DNA of 64,000 nucleotides from Opitutales bacterium (GTDB lineage Bacteria; Verrucomicrobiota; Verrucomicrobiia; Opitutales; UBA2987): NCBI GenBank assembly GCA_965226885.1, contig CBDDEL010000015.1, positions 96,001 to 160,000 of the forward strand, read 5' to 3'. Shown piece by piece: positions 55,890 to 64,000 of this stretch (position 1 is its first letter; each line of letters starts with the position of its first letter). The notes under the pieces were generated by a model. It saw only the letters and a program-made list of their open reading frames with translations, ran no database searches and was not told where the DNA came from. The position numbers and the translations under genes were made by a program.

Positions 55890-57426
55890 TTGATGGTTAT
55901 CATGCCGACAAAACACCCTTACCTCTCAATATTCAGCTATCGAATTGCCTTCATTATCAATATCTTACTGATATTGAACACAGCCACCCATGCCCAAACG
56001 GTCGAAATACCCGATAGCAATCTGGAGGCGGCCATCCGCGGTGCACTGGGGATACCCACGGCTGAATTGACCTCCTCAGACCTGGCCAACTTGACCTATC
56101 TGTCGGCCATTTTTTCAAATATTTCCGACATCACTGGCCTGGAGGCAGCCGTGAACCTGACTAAGCTTTCTCTCTCCGGCAACCAAATCAGTAATACCAG
56201 TGCCCTGAGCGGGCTATCTAGCTTGGAGCAGTTATCCCTCAATTACAACCAGATCAGCAATATCAGCGGACTGAACGGGCTAACTGAACTGTGGCGATTA
56301 TACCTCGCCGGCAACCAGATCAACGATATCAGCGCACTGAACGGGCTCACTAGCTTGACGGAGCTACTGCTCAACGGCAACCAGATCAGCGATATCAGTG
56401 CCCTGAGCGGGCTCACCAGCCTGGCACATTTAGAACTCCACAAAAATGAGATCAGATGAGATCAGCGATGTCGGCGCCCTGAGCGGGCTTTCCAGCCTAG
56501 GGGAGTTATACCTCGACAACAACCAAATCAGCGATATCAGTGCCCTAAGCGGGCTATCCCGCCTGTTTTTGTTATACCTCGGTATAAACCAGATCAGCGA
56601 TGTCAGCGCCCTGAACGGGCTCGCCAACCTGACAAATCTACGCCTCAACACCAACCAGATCAGCGATGTCAGCGCCTTGAGCGGGCTCACCGGACTGTTA
56701 TGGCTACACCTCGACAACAACCAGATCAGCGATATAAACGCCTTGAGCGAGCTCACCGGACTGTTTTGGCTAAACCTTGAAAACAACCAAATCAACGATG
56801 TCAGCGCCTTGAACGGGCTCGCCAACCTGACAAGTCTACGCCTCAACACCAACCAGATCAGCGATGTCAGCGCCTTGAGCGGGCTCACCGAACTGTCATT
56901 TCTAGACCTCGAATACAACCAGATCAGCGATATTAGCGCCCTGATCGGGCTCACCGAACTGTCACAGCTTGATGTAAGCCACAATCTTCTCTTTCTCGGC
57001 GAAAACTCTCAAGCGCTTGCAGATATTGATAACATTCGGAATACAGGACGCCGGTCGACTTTCGTTACTTTTGAGCCGCAAAATCTGGACATTTTCCAGG
57101 GGCAGCCTATCAATGGTGTCCCCGGCTGGTTGGCCTCCTCGTGGTACCTCGACTACAACATCGAATTTTGGCCCTGGATTTATCACGACGAACATGGCTG
57201 GCAGTTTGTCGACCCAAGGAGCACCGAGGAAGTTATTTTCCTCTGGGACCTCGGCCTGGGGCAATGGATTTTCCTCAATGAAGACTCTTACCGCTGGATA
57301 TTCATTTTCGGGGGCGAAAACGCTGGCTGGGTCTTCACCTTCAGCGACAACAAGCCGGGGCGCCGCTTCTTCCAAAGACTCGACGGCAGCCTCTTCAGCG
57401 TCCCCCCGGATTTGCCCGTGAATTGA
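55890..57426 (+). pseudogene. Internalin-like LRR protein 2, frameshifted by a 10-bp duplication
   Basis: ATGAGATCAG x2 at 56446-56465; removing one copy gives 508 aa with about 13 LRRs and the Trp-rich C-terminal domain. Confidence 0.9.
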
Positions 57427-57535
57427 TTGAGTCTGGGTGGGCTCGCGGTCCTCGTTTGACAGACGGGGAAATTTTTGGTAAATTTTTTCTTTCGTTCAAT
57501 TTTCAGAGAAAACAAGCCGGAGATACAGAAATAAT

Positions 57536-58159
57536 ATGACCTACCACTCTTTGCCCACCTACCCGCTGCCTAAAAAATTATCGATCCTGCCGCCGGATAT
57601 GTTGCAACTAAAAAAGGTTTCAATGGAATCGCCGGCCCTTGATGTAATGGCCGATTTTAAAAAAGAGCACGCAATTACGATTTCCTCTCACGAGTCCATT
57701 GAGGCGGCCAAGCGCAAGATGGATGAAAAGGGCATCCGGCTCCTCATCGCGGTGGATTTGCATAATCATGTGCACGGGATTATCAAGACTTCGGATATTT
57801 CGGGTGACAAGCCGATTCGTTATATCCAGGAATTCGGAGGCGCCCGAAAGGATATCACGGTAGAAGACATCATGATACCCGAACGGGAACTTGAGGTGCT
57901 GGCCTTTCAAGATGTGATGCACATGAAAGTTGGCGACATCGTGGAAACCTTGAAAAAACTGGAAAACTATCACGCCTTGGTGGCGGAAATCAAAGGTCCC
58001 GAGGAAGACCGGAAGGTGCGGGGCATATTCTCCCTCAACCGCATTGCAAGGCAGTTGGGCGTGGAAATTCAAATCTTCAAGATAGGCCACACCTTCGCCC
58101 AAATCGCCCAGGCCACCGCCCAGATAGTCAATCCCACCCGGCCCCCGTTCGCGTTTTAA
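57536..58159 (+). CDS. CBS-domain protein
   Basis: PALDVMADF, GIRLL, VEDIM, RGIFS tandem CBS pattern. Confidence 0.8.
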   Translation: MTYHSLPTYPLPKKLSILPPDMLQLKKVSMESPALDVMADFKKEHAITISSHESIEAAKRKMDEKGIRLLIAVDLHNHVHGIIKTSDISGDKPIRYIQEFGGARKDITVEDIMIPERELEVLAFQDVMHMKVGDIVETLKKLENYHALVAEIKGPEEDRKVRGIFSLNRIARQLGVEIQIFKIGHTFAQIAQATAQIVNPTRPPFAF

Positions 58160-59931
58160 GCATCCACCACCTCGGTGATGGGGGGCGGTTTATGGGGGTG
58201 AAAATCGCCCCGTTTGAGCCGCTTCCCGTAATCGGATAACGAGTTGATTGCGAGGTAGCCCAGGGCGAGGACGATGGGCAGATTGGCCCACAGCATAAGC
58301 CCCGTCCCGATATCGATAATGGGAAGGATATGGGTTATGCCGCTGATGCCGGCGGCCCCGTAAATGATGCCGACCAGAAAGAGAATTTTATAGGGAATCA
58401 CCCCGCGATTACCGAACATGTAAACCACCCCCTGTTCGCCATAGTAGCACCAGGAAATCAAGGTGGTAAACCCGAAGAGCCAGGAGGAGATCGTTACCAG
58501 CCACTTGCCCAGCCCGGGGTATGCGCGGTCGAAGGCATGGGCGGTCATACTGGCCCCGCCGTACTCCCGAAAAACGCCTCGCCCCACCAGGGCAAGGTTG
58601 TCCACCTCTCCTTCCCACTCTTCCGGATTGAGGGTAACTTCCGCCCACCTCAGGGATAATTGATCGGTCGCATCCGGGTTACGGCTGTCTGGCTGCATTT
58701 CGACCACTTCACCCATGATCTTGACCAGGTTGCTTTCGTTTTTTCGGAGGATGGCCCCGTCTACCCTGGCCAGGAGAAAGAAATCCGATCCCGCATTCCA
58801 GTTCTCCAATTGCATGGAGGGCAATTGGTCGAAATTTGTCGATGCCTTCACTTCCCAGCCCCAGGCGGGTTCCGTCTGATTCTCAATTCTGCTCAAGGAA
58901 ATTCCGGAACCGAAATCACCGATAGCTTCCCGGTTCCAGGTTCCGGTCGAAAGGATGACCAGAGCCGTTATGGTGCAGATGCAAATGGTATCGATAAAAG
59001 GCCCCAGCCCGCCGACGATTCCCTCCCGTGCCGGTTCATTCGTTTTGGCCGCGGCATGGGCGATCGGGGCCGATCCTTGGCCGGCCTCGTTGGAATACAG
59101 GGCCCGCTTCATCCCCTGCATAAAAGCATAACCTATTCCTCCACCCACGAAGGCCCCGGCCGCTTCCGTCGGCTGGAAAGCGCTCTCCACAATGAGGAGG
59201 AGAAGTCCGGGAATTTCAACGATATGTTTGGCCAGGACGGCAAAAGACAGTAGGATGTAGAGCGCGCACATCAAGGGAACCAGTTTGGCCGCCACATGGC
59301 CGATCCTTTTTATGCCGCCGATAATGACCATCCCGACCAACACCATAAGGACAATGCCGGAGCCGATCCGGGGCACGCCGAAATAACCTTCCGTAATGGT
59401 GGCAATGTTCCAGGTCTGAAACATACTGGAACTGGTTAAGGCGGAATTAACCAAGGTCAGGCTGAAAAAAATACCGCACACCCGGGCCACCGGTTTCCAA
59501 ATACCGCCTTTGCTCCCCAAGGCTTTTTCCACCACCCACATCGCCCCTCCGTGGGGGTTGTCGGGATCGTCCGTATTGCGGTAAAGCATGGCCAGGGTGA
59601 TCTCCACCGTCTTCAGGGCCATTCCAAACAAGGCCACCATCCACATCCAGAACAGCGCCCCCGGCCCGCCCAGCCCGATGGCTAGCGCGACGCCCCCGAT
59701 ATTCCCCAAACCGACCGTGCCGGACAATGCGGCCGAGAGGGCCTGGAAATGATTAATGGCACCGGGATCGTCTGGCCGGTCGTATATTCCACGCACCACG
59801 GCAACGCCATGAGTCATAGCCATATACTGCGTAAACCGGCTCCAGACTGTGAATAATATTCCCGAAAGAAACAGCAGCCAGGGAGTCCACGGCCCCCACA
59901 GCAAATCAGCGATCAAATGTAGAATGTCCAT
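58156..59931 (-). CDS. Alanine/glycine:cation symporter (AGCS family)
   Basis: GTVGLGNIGGVA, GGPGALFWMW, SNEAGQGSAPIAHA, DTICIC. Confidence 0.93.
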   Translation of the reverse strand: MDILHLIADLLWGPWTPWLLFLSGILFTVWSRFTQYMAMTHGVAVVRGIYDRPDDPGAINHFQALSAALSGTVGLGNIGGVALAIGLGGPGALFWMWMVALFGMALKTVEITLAMLYRNTDDPDNPHGGAMWVVEKALGSKGGIWKPVARVCGIFFSLTLVNSALTSSSMFQTWNIATITEGYFGVPRIGSGIVLMVLVGMVIIGGIKRIGHVAAKLVPLMCALYILLSFAVLAKHIVEIPGLLLLIVESAFQPTEAAGAFVGGGIGYAFMQGMKRALYSNEAGQGSAPIAHAAAKTNEPAREGIVGGLGPFIDTICICTITALVILSTGTWNREAIGDFGSGISLSRIENQTEPAWGWEVKASTNFDQLPSMQLENWNAGSDFFLLARVDGAILRKNESNLVKIMGEVVEMQPDSRNPDATDQLSLRWAEVTLNPEEWEGEVDNLALVGRGVFREYGGASMTAHAFDRAYPGLGKWLVTISSWLFGFTTLISWCYYGEQGVVYMFGNRGVIPYKILFLVGIIYGAAGISGITHILPIIDIGTGLMLWANLPIVLALGYLAINSLSDYGKRLKRGDFHPHKPPPITEVVDA

Positions 59932-59966
59932 CTATTAATTAGTCAGATACTTGCCACGGGGTAATA

Positions 59967-60572
59967 TTAAATCAACCGGCCGATTCGATGGCCGGATGAT
60001 AGTAGAGTGATACTTGATAGGACCTCAGGAGCTGGCCAGGAGCTGGCCGTTGCCTTGCGATAACGTTGCAGGTATTCGTCCAAATCGACGTCCACGACAT
60101 TGTTGAAAATATTGTTCACCACCATCATGGCGCCGAAAACGGTCAGATCGACAATTTGCCGGTCGGAGTAATGTTCCTTCAGCTGAGCAAACATTTCATC
60201 GGAAACGTTGACCGAGTCGGTGGCGATTTTTCGGCCGAACCGGACGATGAGGTCTTCCTGCGGGGTGAGAACAAGATTATCGGGGTCTTCCCCGTTTTCG
60301 ACCAGTACGCGCCGATAGTAAGTCGAGCAGACCAGGCAATCGGTCTGGGTGGAAACGGCCAGCATGAAAAGCCCAGTCATTCTCTCGCCCAGAAACGGTT
60401 TTACCGCATCCAGCATGGAGTACCATTCCATAACCGCTTTCAAGGCGGCGGGGGAATGAACGAGGGTTTTTTTCATGTTGGTCATAATGCCATGTTCCTG
60501 GACGATTTCGTCCCACATAGCCTGCCCCCCGGGGTCCGTATCTTCACGTTCAAGCATCCTGATTCTCGACAT
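59967..60572 (-). CDS. AhpD / carboxymuconolactone decarboxylase family protein
   Basis: LVHSP, AVS...DCLVC (CxxC), YSDRQIVDL. Confidence 0.75.
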   Translation of the reverse strand: MSRIRMLEREDTDPGGQAMWDEIVQEHGIMTNMKKTLVHSPAALKAVMEWYSMLDAVKPFLGERMTGLFMLAVSTQTDCLVCSTYYRRVLVENGEDPDNLVLTPQEDLIVRFGRKIATDSVNVSDEMFAQLKEHYSDRQIVDLTVFGAMMVVNNIFNNVVDVDLDEYLQRYRKATASSWPAPEVLSSITLLSSGHRIGRLI

Positions 60573-60779
60573 TCCGTTCCACCTTTCTCTTTTTGTTCAA
60601 TTATTCTATGAAACGCATCGGCATCGTATAGAGGCTTTGACCCAGTTTGTCAAGACTTTGGAATGATTTACTCCTGAACAATGCAATTGATGGTAATTTT
60701 CCCTCGTTGACTACGACTAAATGGAAGTGCATTTTTTCTCATCATGCATTGATGATTCGAATTAAATTTTCCTAGCGCC

Positions 60780-61832
60780 ATGACTCATTTTGTTATCCGG
60801 CCAGTTCGGCAATCCGACCTGGATAGTTTGTTGGAATTTGTCAATTCCGCGCCCGGCAGTTTGGCCACGGTTCCTCAAGACAAGGTTCGGTTGGAAGATA
60901 AAATCGATGCTTCCCTGCGGAGCTTTTTCCCCCGCATAAAAAACCCCGGCTCGGAGCATTACCTCTTTGTCCTGGAGGATAGCAATACCGGGCGGATTGT
61001 CGGAATTTCCGGACTTATCGGCAGGGTCGGCGGGTTCGACCCTTTTTACACCTATGAAATCCGCACCGAGAGGATTGCCCACAAGCCCATGGGGATCGAT
61101 AAAACCGCTCAGGTTTTGTATTTGAAAACCGACCACAAGGGCCCCTCCGAAATCGGCAGTCTCTTGCTCGATCCGGCTTGCCGGGGCGGCGGTCTCGGCA
61201 GACTCCTTTCCCTCTGCCGTTTTCTTTTTATGAATCGATTCCGGGAACGATTCGACCGGCAGGTAGTGGCCGAATTGAGGGGCTATATCGATGAGAAGGG
61301 GCGATCCCCCTTTTGGGAAGCCGTGGGACGCCCATTTTTCGAGGTCGATTTTTATGAGGCCGACATGCAATGCGCCATGAGCGACAAGGATTACATTCGC
61401 GACCTCATGCCCGCACATCCCATTTACATACCGTTATTGCCGCCCGCCGCGAGGGATGTTATCGGGAAAGTCCACAAACGCTCCGAACCGGCCATGGGCC
61501 TTCTTTTGCAGGAGGGTTTTACCGGCACCGACGAAATCGATATTTTCGACGCCGGCCCCCTCATGCGGGCCGAGTTGGATAATATTCGAACCATCCGCCA
61601 GTGCAAAACCGCCACCGTCAAGCGATTGGTGGAAGATCCAGAGGAAAAACAGGGCTGGATTTTAAGCAATCGCTCCCTCGATTTTCGGGCATGTTACGGC
61701 TGGATTGAGGAAGATGCTGACGGAGTTGTTGCCTTGCCGCAATCGCTGGCCGTTCTTCTGCGGGTAACTCCGGGCGATTCCGTCGATTATATCCGCGCCA
61801 GAGACGTTTCAGGGGAAAGGACTTCCCCATGA
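60780..61832 (+). CDS. astA: Arginine N-succinyltransferase
   Basis: YLFVLED, LLSLCRFLF, SPFWEAVGRPFF, DIFDAGP. Confidence 0.93.
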   Translation: MTHFVIRPVRQSDLDSLLEFVNSAPGSLATVPQDKVRLEDKIDASLRSFFPRIKNPGSEHYLFVLEDSNTGRIVGISGLIGRVGGFDPFYTYEIRTERIAHKPMGIDKTAQVLYLKTDHKGPSEIGSLLLDPACRGGGLGRLLSLCRFLFMNRFRERFDRQVVAELRGYIDEKGRSPFWEAVGRPFFEVDFYEADMQCAMSDKDYIRDLMPAHPIYIPLLPPAARDVIGKVHKRSEPAMGLLLQEGFTGTDEIDIFDAGPLMRAELDNIRTIRQCKTATVKRLVEDPEEKQGWILSNRSLDFRACYGWIEEDADGVVALPQSLAVLLRVTPGDSVDYIRARDVSGERTSP

Positions 61833-63301
61833 CCATGACGGAAATTACCAACCTGGCCCCGCATTTTGTAAATAACGATTTCAGGGACGAGACGGGACGG
61901 CTTTTTCAATCGATCAATCCAGCGACCGGTTCGCCCATCTGGGAAGGACCGGAAGCCGGCCCAGGCGAAGTGGATGCAGCCCTCCAGGCAGCCAGAATGG
62001 CTTTTCCCGGCTGGTCGCAGACTTCCCTCGAAGAGCGTGAAGGTTTTTTAAAGACCTATGCCCAGGTATTGCAAAAGCGCCAGCAAGACCTCATCGAGGC
62101 GATTTGTGTCGAAGTTGGCAAATCGCCCTGGGAAGCGGCCACGGAAGTGAACGCCATGATCGGAAAAATCGATCTCTCGATTGCGGCCTATGGCGACCGC
62201 TGTGCGGAATTTGGGGGCGGCCCGGCGGTTACACGCTTCAAGCCGCACGGCGTGGTGGCGGTTTTCGGGCCTTTTAATTTTCCCGGCCACCTTCCCAACG
62301 GCCACCTCGCGCCCGCCCTCCTGGCCGGCAATACCGTCGTCTTCAAACCGAGCGAGCAGACCCCCACGGTGGCTCAATGCATGGCCGGTTGTTTCCTCGA
62401 GGCGGGATTCCCCGACGGGGTCTTCAACATGATCCAGGGAGCCGCCACAACGGGCGCCCTCCTGGCGGCCCATGCTGAGATTGACGCGTTGTCTTTTACC
62501 GGAAGTTCCCAAACGGGTCTTGCCCTCAGAAAATCGCTGGCCTCCCAACCGGAAAAAATCCTCGCCCTCGAAATGGGCGGCAATAATCCTTTGATTGCCC
62601 ACCAAACGGCCGACAAGGAGGCGGCCGCCCTCCTCATCATCCAATCCGCCTATCTCACCGCAGGGCAGCGCTGCACTTGCGCCAGGCGTCTCATCATTCC
62701 CCAAGGCAGAGAGGGAGATGAATTGATCGAAGTCCTCATCTCCATGATGGGAAAAATTGAGGTGGGCGGCCCAGATGCCATCCCGGAACCTTTCATGGGG
62801 CCGGTCATCAGCCCGGCGGCGGCCCGCAACGTGCTTCAAGCGCAAGAGAAAATGATCTCCAGAGGTGGTCGTGCTCTCGTTTCGGTAGAGACACTAAAAC
62901 CTGACACCGGTCTGATCTCTCCCGGTCTGGTGGACGTCACGAAAATGGAAAAGAGAGGGGATAAAGAGTGTTTCGGGCCGCTGCTCCAATTGATCAGGGT
63001 AAAAGATTTCCAGGAAGCCGTGGCCGAAGCCAACCGCACCCGATACGGGCTTGCCGCCGGACTGCTGAGCGATAATGAAAACCTCTACAAGTATTTCAGC
63101 CATAATGTGCGGGCCGGGATCATCAACTGGAACCGGCCGTTGACCGGGGCAAGCGGATCCGCCCCATTCGGCGGAGTTGGTCACAGCGGAAACCACCGGC
63201 CGGCTGGGTATTTCGCGGCCGACTTTTGCTCTTATCCGGTTACCTCCATGGAATCGCCGAGGCTGGAAAAACCCGCCACCCTCCCCCCCGGAATGAGTTA
63301 A
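61829..63301 (+). CDS. astD: Succinylglutamate-semialdehyde dehydrogenase
   Basis: [35 protein letters not shown]. Confidence 0.94.
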   Translation: MTMTEITNLAPHFVNNDFRDETGRLFQSINPATGSPIWEGPEAGPGEVDAALQAARMAFPGWSQTSLEEREGFLKTYAQVLQKRQQDLIEAICVEVGKSPWEAATEVNAMIGKIDLSIAAYGDRCAEFGGGPAVTRFKPHGVVAVFGPFNFPGHLPNGHLAPALLAGNTVVFKPSEQTPTVAQCMAGCFLEAGFPDGVFNMIQGAATTGALLAAHAEIDALSFTGSSQTGLALRKSLASQPEKILALEMGGNNPLIAHQTADKEAAALLIIQSAYLTAGQRCTCARRLIIPQGREGDELIEVLISMMGKIEVGGPDAIPEPFMGPVISPAAARNVLQAQEKMISRGGRALVSVETLKPDTGLISPGLVDVTKMEKRGDKECFGPLLQLIRVKDFQEAVAEANRTRYGLAAGLLSDNENLYKYFSHNVRAGIINWNRPLTGASGSAPFGGVGHSGNHRPAGYFAADFCSYPVTSMESPRLEKPATLPPGMS

Positions 63302-63315
63302 AGGCAATATTACTT

Positions 63316-64000
63316 ATGTCACACGCTCGCGAAACGAACTTCGATGGCTTGGTCGGCCCCACCCATAACTATGCCGGACTTTCGGTCGGTAATCTGGCTT
63401 CTATCGAACACAAGGCACGGACCTCAAATCCGCGCGCTGCCGCCTTGCAGGGTCTCAAAAAAATGAAATTCTTGGCCGATCTGGGCCTCCTTCAGGGCAT
63501 TCTGCCACCCCATGAACGCCCCTCAGTGGCCGCCCTGCGACAATTTGGATTCACCGGCCGTAGCGACGCCGATGTCATCGAGAAGGCCGCCCGGGAGGCA
63601 CCCGAACTGCTGGCGGCCTGTTCTTCCGCCTCTTTCATGTGGACCGCCAATGCCGCCACCTTTTCGCCATCGGCCGATTCTCTGGATGGGCGCGCCCATT
63701 TTACCCCGGCCAATCTCTGCAGCAAATTACATCGTTCTTTGGAAGCCGCTCAAACGGCCGTGACTATCAAAGCAATCTTTAACAACGACTCCCTCTTTAT
63801 CCATCACCCGCCCTTGAGCGGAGGCAGCGCCATGCGGGACGAGGGAGCCGCCAACCACACCCGCCTCTGTTCCTCCTACGGAGAACCGGGATTGCAGTTA
63901 TTTGTTTACGGAGATAACGCGCTGTCAACCATAGCCGATGGTCCGGCCCCGGCCAAATTCCCGGCCCGGCAAAGCCTGGAAGCGTCCCAGGCGGTGGCCC
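63316..64000 (+). CDS. astB: N-succinylarginine dihydrolase (runs off window)
   Basis: [37 protein letters not shown]. Confidence 0.93.
   Translation, partial: MSHARETNFDGLVGPTHNYAGLSVGNLASIEHKARTSNPRAAALQGLKKMKFLADLGLLQGILPPHERPSVAALRQFGFTGRSDADVIEKAAREAPELLAACSSASFMWTANAATFSPSADSLDGRAHFTPANLCSKLHRSLEAAQTAVTIKAIFNNDSLFIHHPPLSGGSAMRDEGAANHTRLCSSYGEPGLQLFVYGDNALSTIADGPAPAKFPARQSLEASQAVA

Noticed and set aside
50011..57426. Diversity-generating retroelement acting on the LRR genes
   Set aside because: No reverse transcriptase, and I saw no adenine-specific TR/VR pair; the similarity fits tandem paralogy.

Overview
Bacterial chromosomal segment, probably Verrucomicrobiota (Opitutales-like). 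This is inferred from gene style and a Trp-rich C-terminal domain, not from a database search. A housekeeping backbone (trmL, rlmB-like, glnS, gltX, rluA-family, hpf, gmhB/hldE, psd, hpt, metH, NAD-GDH, astADB) carries 14 recent IS copies from IS3, IS1, IS5/ISNCY-like, IS21 and IS1380 families (about 18 kb, roughly 29% of the window by hand count). There are at least nine pseudogenes: sulfotransferase, MATE, HEPN nuclease, glycoside hydrolase-like, clpB, a lipoprotein, two LRR proteins and istB. Removing the ISs and their target duplications reveals hidden structure: (1) a ~1 kb cassette bounded by 31-bp inverted arms made of 9-bp periodic repeats, carrying an AbiU2-like HEPN gene split inside its RxxxxxH motif, with empty or solo copies of the same arms at the other AT-rich accessory sites; (2) three tandem secreted proteins sharing a Trp-rich C-terminal domain, two of them with constant caps around variable LRR arrays; (3) recurrent 10-29 bp tandem duplications, including a 5x amplified -35 box upstream of hpt; (4) reciprocally nested IS21/ISNCY elements. 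No CRISPR, rRNA or tRNA was found.
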